DNA from: Bacteroidia bacterium
GTDB lineage: Bacteria > Bacteroidota > Ignavibacteria > SZUA-365
Assembly (NCBI GenBank): GCA_027493955.1
Contig: JAOSJT010000001.1
Location: 1,349,131 to 1,413,130 of the forward strand
Direction: 5' to 3'
DNA: 64,000 bases
The translations under genes and the position numbers were made by a program. Each line of letters opens with the position of its first letter. The stretch's first letter is position 1. The notes beneath the pieces are model-generated. The model was not told the DNA's origin, made no database searches, and saw only the letters and a program-made list of their open reading frames with translations. Positions 1 to 10,474 of the stretch are shown in pieces.

Positions 1-440
1 CGTAGGCAATGAGATTGATCTTGTCGAGAATGGAAGTGAAGAGATTTTCTTCCTCGTGCTGCTCGCCGACATACCACTGCAGGAAATTCAGCGACGAATA
101 ATCCTTCTCTTCATATGCCAGCGCAACAAGCTCGTTGATCTTGCTGGTGACGAATTTCTCGTGATTGAGAATGAGGCTGAACATTTCCTGCAGCGACTCG
201 TACTCGCTGCGCGGCTTCTCCATCGCGCTGATGATGGCCAGATTCCCGGTTTCACCGAGATAGTTGAACAGCTTCATCATGTGCATGCGCTCTTCCTCGG
301 AATGCGTCTTGAGGAAGGCAGCCGTGCCGTCAAAGCCCTTCCACTCGCACCAGGCGGCCATTTGAAGATACAGATTCGAAGACTCGAATTCGATGGTGAC
401 CTGCTCGTTGAGCTTGTCGATCATCTTTGTGCTCAGCATG
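1..440 (-). CDS. ftnA: Non-heme ferritin (FtnA-like); start codon at 438-440, C-terminus runs off the window start
   Basis: Reverse-strand translation reads MLSTKMIDKLNEQVTIEFESSNLYLQMAAWCEWKGFDGTAAFLKTHSEEERMHMMKLFNYL..., which aligns closely with E. coli FtnA ([31 protein letters not shown]...). It is absent from the ORF track because no stop codon falls inside the window. Confidence 0.85.
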
Positions 441-598
441 TGATTCTCCTTCGGTGATGAAATAGATGCGGATATTCTGACTCAAGTAAGCTCAACAGCG
501 GATTTCTGAAAATCGTTTCCGACTGTGAGGTCCGCCCCTTCGACGCTTGACCCGGAGGGGACGTCCCAGGCAGTCAACAGCGACACCGCGGCGACGCG

Positions 599-2308
599 TT
601 ACACGCTCAGCGACGCGAGCAACTCCTTGCAGACGCGCACAGCGTCGGACACCGGTACGATGCTGCGCTCGCCGGTGTTGCGGACCTTGATTTCCACATT
701 GCCTTCGGCGAGATGTTTTTCTCCGACAATCACATTCAGAGGCATACCCAGCAAATCGGCGTCTTTGAACTTGAAGCCGGGACTCACACCGGTACGATCA
801 TCGAACAGCACCTCGAAACCCGCCGCCTCGAGTGCGTCATGCAGGGACTCGGCATTGTCGCGCACGAGTTCGCTCTCCATTTTCACGCCGGTGAGATGAA
901 TGTGAAATGGTGCGATGGAAGGATGCCAGCATATGCCGTCCTTGTCATGACGCTGTTCGATATGACAGGCCACGATGCGTTCGACACCGATGCCGTAGCT
1001 GCCCATGATAATGGGATGCTCCTGCCCCTTGTCATCGAGGAAGGTGGCCTTGAGCGCTTCGCTATACTTGGTGCCGAGTTTGAAAATATGTCCGACCTCG
1101 ATCGCTTTTTTCACACTGAGCGGCAATCCCTTCAACGGATCCGGCTCGCCCTCGAGCACGGTGCGGAGATCATGATACGCGGTGATGTTCGCGTCGCGGT
1201 CGAGATCGATATTGCGGTAATGGAAGCCGTTTTCATTGGCCCCGCTCACCATCCCATTCGCGTGGGCGATGCGGAGATCCGCGATTTGCGGAATCGTGGA
1301 CTTCAGGTTGATCGGACCGATGGATCCGCTGTCCGCGCCGGTCAACGCGGCGAGTTCTTCGTCATGCGCCGGCCGAATGGTATTGGCCTTCAGCGCTGTC
1401 TGCAGCTTCGCCTCGTTGAGCTGATCGTTGCCGCACATGAAAATCAGATACGGCTGTTCGTCCGCGAAATACACGAGTGACTTTGCGCAGCGTTGCTCGG
1501 GTATTCCATATTGCTCCACCAAATCGTCTATGGATTTGGCCGTCGGTGTGGCAAATTTTTCCGCTGTGGGATTGTCCGCAATACGCTCGACGGACGGAAT
1601 AGCCGAACTCGCGACTTCGATATTCGCCGCATAGCCGCTCTCGAGGTTGAAGGCGCATAAATCCTCGCCGGCGTCGGATTCCACCATGAATTCCTGCGAA
1701 CCACTGCCGCCCATCGCGCCGCTGGAGGCGCCGACGACAAAGAACTGCAGTCCGCAACGCGAGTAAATGCGGCAATACGCCTCGTAATGCTTCTGATAGC
1801 TCGCGTCAAGTCCCTCCCAGGAATTATCCAGGGAATACGCATCCTTCATGAGGAATTGGCGACTGCGAATCACGCCGGATTTGGGGCGCGGTTCGTTGCG
1901 GAATTTCGTCTGTATCTGATACCAGATCTGCGGCATGTCGCGATAGGAATGCACGAATGCCTGCGCGATATGCGTGATGATTTCTTCATGCGTTGGTGCG
2001 AGTACGAGATCGCGGTTCTTGATATGGAACATCGTGTCGCCGAAGGCCTCGACGCGTCCCGTCTCCTCCCAAATATCCTTTGGATTCAAGGCCGGCAGAT
2101 GCAATTCCATTCCACCGATTCCATCCATCTCCTCGCGAATGATCTGCATGACCTTTTTCCATACGCGGTAGCCCAACGGCAACAGCGAGTAAATGCCGGC
2201 TGAAAGTCCCCGAATCATGCCCGCGCGCAGCATGAGCTGATGACTGGGAATGACGGCCTCCGCCGGAACCTCTTTCAGTGTGGGAATGAAGTACTTCGAT
2301 AGACGCAT
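599..2308 (-). CDS. proS: Prolyl-tRNA synthetase (bacterial type, with editing domain)
   Basis: The 569-aa ORF carries class II aaRS motifs and the ProRS-specific anticodon-binding C-terminus. It begins MRLSKYFIPTLKEVPAEA, as bacterial ProS proteins typically do. Confidence 0.95.
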   Translation of the reverse strand: MRLSKYFIPTLKEVPAEAVIPSHQLMLRAGMIRGLSAGIYSLLPLGYRVWKKVMQIIREEMDGIGGMELHLPALNPKDIWEETGRVEAFGDTMFHIKNRDLVLAPTHEEIITHIAQAFVHSYRDMPQIWYQIQTKFRNEPRPKSGVIRSRQFLMKDAYSLDNSWEGLDASYQKHYEAYCRIYSRCGLQFFVVGASSGAMGGSGSQEFMVESDAGEDLCAFNLESGYAANIEVASSAIPSVERIADNPTAEKFATPTAKSIDDLVEQYGIPEQRCAKSLVYFADEQPYLIFMCGNDQLNEAKLQTALKANTIRPAHDEELAALTGADSGSIGPINLKSTIPQIADLRIAHANGMVSGANENGFHYRNIDLDRDANITAYHDLRTVLEGEPDPLKGLPLSVKKAIEVGHIFKLGTKYSEALKATFLDDKGQEHPIIMGSYGIGVERIVACHIEQRHDKDGICWHPSIAPFHIHLTGVKMESELVRDNAESLHDALEAAGFEVLFDDRTGVSPGFKFKDADLLGMPLNVIVGEKHLAEGNVEIKVRNTGERSIVPVSDAVRVCKELLASLSV

Positions 2309-2776
2309 TGAGATAACTCGTTGATATGCAAGCAGTTATAAAATATTCGATACAGGTGTATCTACTAAATATACGACTAATCGCGAGGTGATACAAAAGG
2401 TATAAAAACGATAAGAGACGCAATCCCCGTCACCCCGCCGCGGCAAGTCTGCCACGGCGGGGTGATTCGTTCCGTAACGCACATGGAGACTCTACAGGAC
2501 ATGCAAACAGATCACCCTTCGAGACGCCGCCCCATTTTCTCTGCATCGCGAATGATTATACAGCGGCGGCCCTGTTAATGACATCGATGAATGAGGACCG
2601 ATAATCGCCGTGAAAGCCGGCCCCTGATCATAGCCGAAGGGGCCGGCCCCTTCGGCTCCGCTCAGGGACCGGCACTTCGGTAATCATGGACCCTTTCCCG
2701 GTTGTTGCCCTTCGGCTGAGGCTGAGCGAAGCCGAAGCCACGCTCAGGGATCGAGCCGAAACCACAGAGATCTCAT

Positions 2777-3046
2777 GTCATCGCATGAAATGGACCGGTG
2801 TCCGCCCAGGCGGACGGGTAGGCACACTGCTTATGACATCGAGTCGGGACCTGCTTTACTCGTGCGTTACGGACGGAATCATGCTTCGAGACGCCACCGG
2901 ACGACGTCGGAGCATCAGCTTGAAATTTTACTGCGGTTCAGCCTGAGGCTGATCAGCATGACGAGCTTGGTTAGCGTCGCTGATACCGCCTGATGTCATG
3001 CGCGAAATGGAGCGGTGTCCGCCCAGGCGGTCTGGTGGGCACACTT
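2777..3046. repeat. Two ~56-bp direct repeats (2777-2832 and 2990-3046) with an internal GTCCGCC-CAG-GCGGAC hairpin, inside the 840-bp proS upstream intergenic region
   Basis: Direct comparison of the two copies: ...tgtcatcgcatgaaatggaccggtgtccgcccaggcggacgggtaggcacact vs ...tgtcatgcgcgaaatggagcggtgtccgcccaggcggtctggtgggcacact. A third related copy lies at 48706-48762. Confidence 0.5.
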
Positions 3047-3148
3047 AGGGTGACGAAGTCGACCTACGCCCCGGAAGCTTGAACACCGATGTCTTAGGCA
3101 GGGAGCGATGATAAAAGCAGCATTCAGCTTCGGGATTTCGCCCCTTCG

Positions 3149-4093
3149 CTACGGCAACGTATGTTTCTTCATCCATTCCCAGTGCCGCTCCGCACCTTTC
3201 ATCCAGTGGTTCGTGCCATTGGGATAAGCATGAGCAAGCCCATTTACCATAACGATGTTGAAGCTGTGTGTCTTCATGACGTCGCTCGCCGGAAAAGTCG
3301 CAATCATCGCGGTGTTGGTGTCACCGGTGATCGTGTACGCAGTCGAGCAATGAAAGGTGCTTGTGTGCACCTGAATAACATTCTGGAAATACGGAATCGC
3401 GAACCCGGCTTCGAAGGAGGACAGCGGTACCGGAGCGTGGAAAAATCTGTCGTCCTCATTGCCGAACTGAAACACCACTGGCATATCGGTGCGCCTGGGG
3501 GTAAAGCTGCCGCCATTCGGCGAGGAACCGGCATTTTCCACCGCGGCCGCGAATACGTCGCCCATTTCCACCGCGCAGCGGAAGGCCATCTGACCGCCAT
3601 TGGAAAAACCGGCGACATAGATTCGTTTTTCGTCCACCGTAAATTTGGCCTTGAGCTCGGAGATGATCTGCCGCAGAAACTTGACGTCATCCCTGGGGAT
3701 CTCCCCGGCGCAGTACTCGAAGGACCCGGGGTAAATATTCCACTTCGTGGTGGTGGATCTTCCGTCCTCATCGGTGATACAGTGTCGCCATGACGAAGGG
3801 AAAACCGTCAGAATGTTCTCCTTCTCCCCTACTTCTTTCCATCCGGAAATATTGTAGAATTTCTCGCCGTCTCCGCTGGTGCCGTGCAGCATAAACACCA
3901 CCGGTCGTGCACTGCTCCCGTCGTATCCCGTCGGAACGTGGACGTAGTACTCGCGTTCATCGCCGTCCACCATCGTGGTGAAGCGATTCTTGCCGGTGAC
4001 GAATCCCTGGTCCGACGCAGGGGTTGTCTCGTCCGAACATGCGCTCATGGCGATGAGCAATACAAGAGAAAAAATGCGAGTGTATTTCATCAT
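3149..4093 (-). CDS. Secreted alpha/beta-hydrolase (esterase / PHB-depolymerase-like) lipoprotein
   Basis: I placed the start at MMKYTRIFSLVLLIAMSAC, a lipoprotein signal with a lipobox Cys; the ORF-track start at 4402 is an upstream extension. Esterase-type motifs present: HGTSGDG, and GFSNGG (a G-x-S-x-G nucleophile elbow). Confidence 0.7.
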   Translation of the reverse strand: MMKYTRIFSLVLLIAMSACSDETTPASDQGFVTGKNRFTTMVDGDEREYYVHVPTGYDGSSARPVVFMLHGTSGDGEKFYNISGWKEVGEKENILTVFPSSWRHCITDEDGRSTTTKWNIYPGSFEYCAGEIPRDDVKFLRQIISELKAKFTVDEKRIYVAGFSNGGQMAFRCAVEMGDVFAAAVENAGSSPNGGSFTPRRTDMPVVFQFGNEDDRFFHAPVPLSSFEAGFAIPYFQNVIQVHTSTFHCSTAYTITGDTNTAMIATFPASDVMKTHSFNIVMVNGLAHAYPNGTNHWMKGAERHWEWMKKHTLP

Positions 4094-4476
4094 ATCTCTC
4101 CGATGATTTCTGCGTGCTGGGTTCGTGAACGCTTCCGCTCCTTCTTGTCGCCGGTGCACGGACGCCGCATGCTCCCCGCAAAGGGGAAGGCCGTGCCCTG
4201 ACGGGCGATGGCCTGCGGATGCAATCGGGACGCGGTGGATGATGCGGCAGATAAAATACATGCCGTCGCGCGAAGATGCAAAATAAAATCCCATCCGGCT
4301 TTTTTTTTGCGTCGACGCCGATGCATCTGCGTACTCTGCCGTTTTACGCACGACGTTTCGACGGGAACGCACGACGTTCTTCCCTTGTTGCTTTTGCATC
4401 ACGATCTTCGTCTTTCATCACCCGCGGTACTGCGCTGGCCTATCCCCGTACCATTCATTTTCCCGGCGGAACACTC

Positions 4477-5340
4477 ATGAAGAACATCGCATTCGTAGTC
4501 CTTTTCCTGCTCCTGCTCTCCCCTCTTGAGCTTTCCGCGCAATGCTCCGATGCCGGCGCATGCAGTATCGGCGGAAGCATGCACGAACAGGAATCCGATG
4601 CCGCAAAGCACTCGCTGACGCTTCGCTACGGTTACGGCCAAAGCGGCAAAACAGACGAACTCCGTTTCCATGCGCTGCAGCTCGAAGCAGATATACAAAT
4701 CCTGACACACTCAAGCCTCGGAGTCCGTCTCCCGTGGACGAAGGTGGAAGGACCGCGCGGGAGCGCGAGCGGCATCGGCGATCTGCTGCTGATCTGGGAT
4801 CAGCAGCTGTGGACCGCTGACGACATCGCATTGCATGCGCAAGGCGGGGTCAAACTTGCTACCGGCGAAGACAATGCCGAAGCGTTACCGCAAAGCTATC
4901 AACCAGGCTTGGGGACCAACGATCTCCTCTTCGGACTGAGCCTGGCATACAGCCGCTGGCACGTTGCCGCGGCATACCAGTACAGCCCCGGACGCAGCGC
5001 CAACGCGATCACACGTCTGCGCCGCGGTGATGACATCATGCTGCGGGGCGGGTATGCAACAGATATTTCGGATATGCATGTCGGGATCGAGCTTCTGGCC
5101 GTCAAACGGCTCTCTCTCTCCAGCGTGCTCGATGCGACCGCCGAAGGTGGGGAGATCTTCCTGGACGTCCCCGGCAGCGATCAGTTCCAGCTCAACCTTG
5201 CCGCTCAGGCCTCACTGCCGCTGTCCGACGTCCTGTCCGTGCTCGCGCATACCGCCGTACCACTGCTCAAACGCGAGGTGAATGTGGACGGACTCACAAG
5301 GGCGCTGACCGTGTCCGCCGGTCTGCGCATGCACTTCTGA
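4477..5340 (+). CDS. Putative outer-membrane beta-barrel protein (signal peptide, C-terminal aromatic residue)
   Basis: Trimmed to MKNIAFVVLFLLLLSPLELSAQ, a signal peptide whose ATG at 4477 I verified in the sequence. The protein has alternating amphipathic strands and ends ...GLRMHF, with a terminal Phe typical of outer-membrane proteins. Confidence 0.5.
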   Translation: MKNIAFVVLFLLLLSPLELSAQCSDAGACSIGGSMHEQESDAAKHSLTLRYGYGQSGKTDELRFHALQLEADIQILTHSSLGVRLPWTKVEGPRGSASGIGDLLLIWDQQLWTADDIALHAQGGVKLATGEDNAEALPQSYQPGLGTNDLLFGLSLAYSRWHVAAAYQYSPGRSANAITRLRRGDDIMLRGGYATDISDMHVGIELLAVKRLSLSSVLDATAEGGEIFLDVPGSDQFQLNLAAQASLPLSDVLSVLAHTAVPLLKREVNVDGLTRALTVSAGLRMHF

Positions 5341-5359
5341 ACTTCGGCGGACCCGTGCA

Positions 5360-5917
5360 TCAGTCGAACGAATAACGTGAGAGGTCGCGGTTGACGGTGT
5401 CGGGATCGAAGAATGCTTCGTCGAAATTGTCGCCGATCCATTCACGGAAAAATCCGTGTTCCTCATGCGTTGGATCGTTGATTGCTTTGAGAAACGCGTA
5501 AAATCCCGGTATTCCACCCACATCCTCCGGCGGGCAAGCGAGCGCACCATCCGAACAACGCGGGTAGAGAATATCCGGATCCGGGTCCTGAATGTTTTCA
5601 AGCACAATGTCGTGAAGCCAGCCATCGCCGAAATCATATTCGTAGGTGATGCGGTCGCTGGTCTGACGCAGAAGGTCATGAACGCGCACGGTTGATGCTT
5701 CCACCACACCAAAGGCGTCCGGCGCGGCCGCATCCGCGTAAAAATCCTCACCCGCTCTGAATTGATACAGATGCTGATTCTGCCATCCCATGACGATCTG
5801 CAGCGCTTCGTGCAGTTGCCGGAGTGTCATATCCCCGCGCACGAGAATGCGCCGCCAAATGGGAGGATCACTGTACTGGAGAGTGATGTGAAGCTGACAG
5901 ATCTTTGATTGAGACAT
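5360..5917 (-). CDS. Plasmid pRiA4b ORF-3-like family protein
   Basis: The 185-aa ORF contains the segments PPIWRRILVRGDMTLRQLHEALQIVMGW and YEYDFGDGWLHDIVLE, which I recognise as characteristic of the pRiA4b ORF-3-like (PF07929) family; this is a recalled match, not a database hit. Confidence 0.7.
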   Translation of the reverse strand: MSQSKICQLHITLQYSDPPIWRRILVRGDMTLRQLHEALQIVMGWQNQHLYQFRAGEDFYADAAAPDAFGVVEASTVRVHDLLRQTSDRITYEYDFGDGWLHDIVLENIQDPDPDILYPRCSDGALACPPEDVGGIPGFYAFLKAINDPTHEEHGFFREWIGDNFDEAFFDPDTVNRDLSRYSFD

Positions 5918-6238
5918 GATGACCCGGATGATTGTGTGGCGTCAGGATTACGAATGAAAACATAGTGACAAGCGGTGTTCGGATGCAAAGGGCTGTCCGT
6001 TCATCCGTCATCCGCCACCCGTCTCCACTCTTCCGGACAATCCCTTCAATTACGGCAGGATTTTGACACCGCGTTTCCGTTGTGGTACGGTGGCAGCGCG
6101 GAATATTGTGTTTCGCGTTTGTGCTCACGATGGAGTTTCCTGAAGAAAGCATGTTGATCGTTGGAAGCATATATTCCGCTTTTCGACGATGTTCGCCGCC
6201 ATGCGCCGCATCCCGTTGCGAACGCTGCATGCACGTCG

Positions 6239-6961
6239 TTATGCAGCTTCATCAGGGAAGTGCGACAGTCGCTTCAATCGCGGGTGCAGAAAGAACAACG
6301 GCAGCTTCACCAGCACGAGCGAGTAGTGAATCCAGTAATCGGTGAGGCGTTCCTGTACGCCCGGCGCATGACTGCCGCGCTGTCGCAGCCAGCGCTGATA
6401 CGGCAGGCAGTGCGAGGGTTCATCCCGTTCGATAATACGGAAAATGCGAACGAGGCGTGCATCCCGACGCAGTATGCGCGACCGCAACAACACGTCAACC
6501 TGCCGCATGCCGCGAAATTCCGTGATCATGATCAGACGACACAAGCGGAAAAACAACGCGTCGTCCGCCAGGATCTCGGCGACATCGAGATCATCGAGCG
6601 AGGTCCGGAAAATGAACAACACGAACTGATCGATATACCCGAAGGTGGAGTCCACCGCGAGCGGTGTGCTTTGAAGCGCCTGGAAGTAGCGTTTGAACAT
6701 GAGATAGTGTTTACGCTCATCGCGCGTGTGCTTCTCGACCGCTGCGATAAAGACGCTTTCCTCGGGATATTTCAGCCGAAGCGCCGCGAGCAAGCGCTCG
6801 AGCCCGCGATACGCCTGATACTCGTTGAAGAGATACACCGAGGCGAGCACGTCATGATACCGTTTGGTGAATGCTGTATACATCGGACGTCTCACGCGCG
6901 TGTGCTGCAACATGGTGCGTGCGCGAGGGAAATGGTGTTCGGCACGCCCGCCTGCCCGCAT
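6239..6961 (-). CDS. Ferritin-like (di-iron carboxylate, ExxH motifs) hypothetical protein; true start may be the internal Met at 6913 or 6883
   Basis: Two E-x-x-H motifs are present (EKHTRDERKHY and ERDEPSH), with helical predicted character. The overlapping 458-aa + strand ORF is rejected. Confidence 0.45.
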   Translation of the reverse strand: MRAGGRAEHHFPRARTMLQHTRVRRPMYTAFTKRYHDVLASVYLFNEYQAYRGLERLLAALRLKYPEESVFIAAVEKHTRDERKHYLMFKRYFQALQSTPLAVDSTFGYIDQFVLFIFRTSLDDLDVAEILADDALFFRLCRLIMITEFRGMRQVDVLLRSRILRRDARLVRIFRIIERDEPSHCLPYQRWLRQRGSHAPGVQERLTDYWIHYSLVLVKLPLFFLHPRLKRLSHFPDEAA

Positions 6962-7078
6962 GACACGAAGCTGACACCGCGTGCCGGGCGCACGGAGGCA
7001 CGCGCGCCCGGAAAAGGAAAGCGGATGGACGCAATCGCAGGATCACATCCATCCGCCATCGGTAGACGGGTGACCGCC

Positions 7079-8029
7079 TCAGCCAAGTGGAATGCGATCC
7101 TTGTTCAGCATCACCCATTCCTCGAAGGACTGCAGCGCGGGATTCAGGGAACGCGCTTCCTCGATGTTGCGGACCTCGCAGAAATAGTCGTTGAAATCGC
7201 GTTTAAACTGAAACATGTTGCCCACATCATCCGCACCCGGGAAACCGAAGCTGCGGTACACCTCGGGCTCCACCGCATTGTAGCGCACCTGCTGCCCGAG
7301 GGCTTTCCCCAATTCAGAGGCCATTTCCGCGACGGTGGGATGTCCGCCTGCTATGCCCACCGCCTTGCCGATGTACGCATCACCCCGTTTGAAAATACCG
7401 TAGGCGCACTTTCCAATATCTTCGGCCGCAATGCCGGGCAGCCGTGCGTCACCCATGCACATGGTCAGCCCGAGTACGCCGTCAGGACCTTTGGTGGGAT
7501 TCATGCCGAAGTAAATGAGATTTTCCCAGTAAAATGATGTCAGCAGCAGCGTGGTCGGCACACCCCGGTCCAGAAACGCGGCGTTCGCCTCGCCTTTCGC
7601 ATCGAAATGAGGCACCTTGTATTTCTCCATCAGCGTGGGCATGCTGTTATCACTCAACGGCAGCCACTTTCTCGTATCCTCGAGCGTGGACCAGATGACA
7701 TGCGACACCCCGGCCGCCTTCGCCGCTTCAGCCATGTTCTGCGCCTGTGCGAGCTCTTTTTCCGGCGAAAAATGCTCCCAGAAATTCGTGACACAGTAGG
7801 CACCATGGGCACCGTTGAATGCCTGCTTGATACTTTCCACATCGTCGAGATCCGCCTGCACGACTTCTGCGCCCATGGCTTTTAATGCCTGCGCTTTGTC
7901 CGATGCGGCGTTGCGCGTTATGGCGCGGACGGTGAACGAACTCTCCGTATCGTTGAGAATGGCGCGGACGAGTCCCCCACCCTGCGCACCGGTGGCGCCG
8001 GTGACGGCTATGATTTTCTGTATCGACAT
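7079..8029 (-). CDS. NmrA-family NAD(P)-binding protein
   Basis: Starts MSIQKIIAVTGATGAQGG, a Rossmann GxxGxxG motif; the start at 8029 was verified in the sequence. The rest of the protein follows an NmrA/HSCARG-like pattern. Confidence 0.85.
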   Translation of the reverse strand: MSIQKIIAVTGATGAQGGGLVRAILNDTESSFTVRAITRNAASDKAQALKAMGAEVVQADLDDVESIKQAFNGAHGAYCVTNFWEHFSPEKELAQAQNMAEAAKAAGVSHVIWSTLEDTRKWLPLSDNSMPTLMEKYKVPHFDAKGEANAAFLDRGVPTTLLLTSFYWENLIYFGMNPTKGPDGVLGLTMCMGDARLPGIAAEDIGKCAYGIFKRGDAYIGKAVGIAGGHPTVAEMASELGKALGQQVRYNAVEPEVYRSFGFPGADDVGNMFQFKRDFNDYFCEVRNIEEARSLNPALQSFEEWVMLNKDRIPLG

Positions 8030-8448
8030 AGTATTTCCTTCCGGATGAATATGAAACGTTGTTTGGATCGGAGTATCGGCCGCAATCGTCTGCGGTCTGC
8101 CGGCATATGCGCCGGCCACAAGGATTTCCGCCTGATGCACTGTATGAGTGTTGAAGAAGAAATATGGGATTATTCTGTATCGAAGTCAAGGCACCGCGGC
8201 GGGAATACGAATACGCGCACAGTGCTCTGATCACCGACGTTATCACCGGATATCGTCATCTCATTCAGAATGAATGAAGCGCATTGGGCCGCTGTTCGGG
8301 TTCGTACCATCAAGGATCAGCGGCACGCGTCCACGACCAGCGGATGCGAGTTTTGGACAATGTGCATCGCGCGTCAGTACCGGGTGGAACAGTAGTATTC
8401 ACCGTTCTCTCTTCTCACGGCTCCGGGTATCTTGCCGCAAGCGAGTGA

Positions 8449-8477
8449 TTGACATGCTCCCTGCGTTGCCGTACATT
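8449..8477 (+). promoter_or_regulatory. Sigma70-like promoter: TTGACA, 17-bp spacer, TACATT, upstream of the tonB-like gene
   Basis: TTGACA lies at 8449-8454, the spacer tgctccctgcgttgccg follows, and TACATT lies at 8472-8477. An AGGAGG ribosome-binding site is at 8520-8525, before the GTG/ATG start at 8528/8531. Confidence 0.35.
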
Positions 8478-8527
8478 GGGAAAATCTGATTCGTAGCCCT
8501 TTACGCAACCCGGCATGAAAGGAGGTC

Positions 8528-9175
8528 GTGATGACTTTCAACAGCATCGGAAGGACCGGTATGCGATCAAAAGTCCGTCGCTCCATCAAGGGTAGTCTTC
8601 TCGCCGTCGTATTCCTCATTATCGGCGCATTCGGATTTTTCCTTGCCCTCGACAGAGCACCGGTAGGAACCGCTGCAACCGACGAAATCATCAGTGTCCA
8701 GGTGATTGAGCGAACCCGACAGCTGCAGCCGCCGCCCCCGCCGCATCATGTACCCATCCCGGCCGAAGCCGTCGGTAAGGTATCGGCACCCGAGGTGGAC
8801 GCCGACCGCGACGATGCGCAAGGCGCCTCCACACCCCTTTCAAGGCGCACTCAGGATCAACAGGATGCCGATGACGACAGATTCTATCCCATCGAGGAGG
8901 CGCCGGAAATCATCGGCGGGATGAGCACACTGAGGAAGCATCTCGTCTACCCCGATTTCGCAGTTCGCGCGGGTATTGAAGGATCCGTTACCGTCCTCGC
9001 GTACGTCAACAAGGAAGGTATCGTGATGCGGACAGAAGTTTTGCGCGGCATAGGCGCTGGTTGCGACGAAGCCGCCATGGACGCCGTCAGAAAGGTACGT
9101 TTCAAACCTGCGGAGCAGCGGGGCAAACCCGTAAACGTGAAGGCCTCCGTTCAGGTCAGTTTCCGTTTAAAGTAA
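8528..9175 (+). CDS. Energy transducer TonB-family protein (N-terminal transmembrane anchor, Pro-rich linker, TonB C-terminal domain)
   Basis: It has the TM helix LLAVVFLIIGAFGFFLAL, a PPPPPHHVPIP linker, and a C-terminal domain containing YPDFAVRAGIEGSVTVLAYVNKEG and ending VRFKPAEQRGKPVNV. Confidence 0.8.
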   Translation: MMTFNSIGRTGMRSKVRRSIKGSLLAVVFLIIGAFGFFLALDRAPVGTAATDEIISVQVIERTRQLQPPPPPHHVPIPAEAVGKVSAPEVDADRDDAQGASTPLSRRTQDQQDADDDRFYPIEEAPEIIGGMSTLRKHLVYPDFAVRAGIEGSVTVLAYVNKEGIVMRTEVLRGIGAGCDEAAMDAVRKVRFKPAEQRGKPVNVKASVQVSFRLK

Positions 9176-9310
9176 TCACAGATTTTACGCGACTGCAGTG
9201 TTGCGTCCATACGAACCGGGAACGCTTGCTTCGTGCACTGTGGCAGCGACGCAGAGGGGCCGCCTGACTCTGAATACGGGTTCAGTCGTCGCGAAAACAG
9301 TACTGCGCTG

Positions 9311-10474
9311 TTATCCCTCCGCCTCCGTAAACAGCTCGCCCGGCGTCGCCAGCGTAGCGAGCGGCACGACCTCTACGCGATCGCTCAAGGGATAGCGTTT
9401 GGATCCCGGGTAGACCACAGCCACCCGCTCGAGACCCAGATCCTCCATGGCGATGCGTATCGATGGCGTCAGTTTCGGCGCGTCGCGACGCTTGCACTCG
9501 ACACCAAATAGTTTGTCCCCCCGTCGTAACAGCAGATTCATTTCCGCGCCCTGATGCGTGGCCCAGAACCAGGCATCGTCGTGCGCCTCGGTCGCGAGTA
9601 TATGCTCGATTACGAAGCCTTCCCACGAAGCACCCTGCTTGGGATGGGAGTACAGCGCATTTTCATTCGAGATGCCGAGGAGCTGATGCAATACGCCGCT
9701 GTCGCGGATGTAGATTTTTGGCGACTTCACCTGGCGTTTACCCAGGTTGGCGTGCCAGGGCTGAAGCTGCCGGACCATGAGTGCGTCTGTCAACAGGTCG
9801 AGATAGCGGCGTGTCGTCGACGGACTGACCCCGAGCGCTTTCGCAGGTTCTGTCGCCTTCCAGATTTGGCCGTGGTAATGGGCGAGCATGGTCCAGAAGC
9901 GCAGCAGGGAGATTGCGGGTACCTGCACGCCCCACTGCGGCAAATCGCGTTCGAGCAGTGATTGAACGAACTGCTTGCGCCAGGCGAAGCTCTCACCTTC
10001 GTTCCTCGCAAGAAAGGACCGCGGAAATCCGCCGCGAAGCCAGAGTGCCGTCATCGCGTCCACTCCTGCTTCGTTTAGCGTGAATCCGCCGATCTCGACG
10101 CGCTCCATCCGTCCGGCCAGACTCTCGGAACTCTGACGAAGCAAATCGCCGGAGGCACTGCCAAGAATCAGGAAGCGGGCAGTTTTCGATCTCCTGTCCG
10201 CCAGCACGCGCAGGATGGGAAACAGATCGGGACGCCGCTGCACTTCGTCTATCACGACCAGACCACTCAGTGGCTCCAGTGCGGTTCGTGCCTCGTCCAG
10301 TCGAATGAGGCTCACCGGATCTTCGAGATCGAAGTAATTCGCTGATTCTTCCGACAAAAATTCACGTGCCAGCGTCGTCTTGCCCGATTGCCGCGCTCCG
10401 GTCAGGACGGTAACCGGTACGCGACCGAGCGCCGACCGAATCCTTTCCAGTAAAATGTCGCGTGTGATTATCAT
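9311..10474 (-). CDS. AAA-type ATPase with DUF4143 C-terminal domain
   Basis: Trimmed to MIITRDILLERIRSALGRVPVTVLTGARQSGKTTLAREF, which contains a Walker A motif, and a Walker B motif VVIDEVQ follows. The ATG at 10474 was verified. Confidence 0.8.
   Translation of the reverse strand: MIITRDILLERIRSALGRVPVTVLTGARQSGKTTLAREFLSEESANYFDLEDPVSLIRLDEARTALEPLSGLVVIDEVQRRPDLFPILRVLADRRSKTARFLILGSASGDLLRQSSESLAGRMERVEIGGFTLNEAGVDAMTALWLRGGFPRSFLARNEGESFAWRKQFVQSLLERDLPQWGVQVPAISLLRFWTMLAHYHGQIWKATEPAKALGVSPSTTRRYLDLLTDALMVRQLQPWHANLGKRQVKSPKIYIRDSGVLHQLLGISNENALYSHPKQGASWEGFVIEHILATEAHDDAWFWATHQGAEMNLLLRRGDKLFGVECKRRDAPKLTPSIRIAMEDLGLERVAVVYPGSKRYPLSDRVEVVPLATLATPGELFTEAEG

Noticed and set aside
6161-7537. 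458-aa + strand ORF
   Set aside because: It lies antisense across two well-supported minus-strand genes (the ferritin-like and NmrA genes), is Arg/His-rich with no motifs, and is a typical high-GC antisense artefact.
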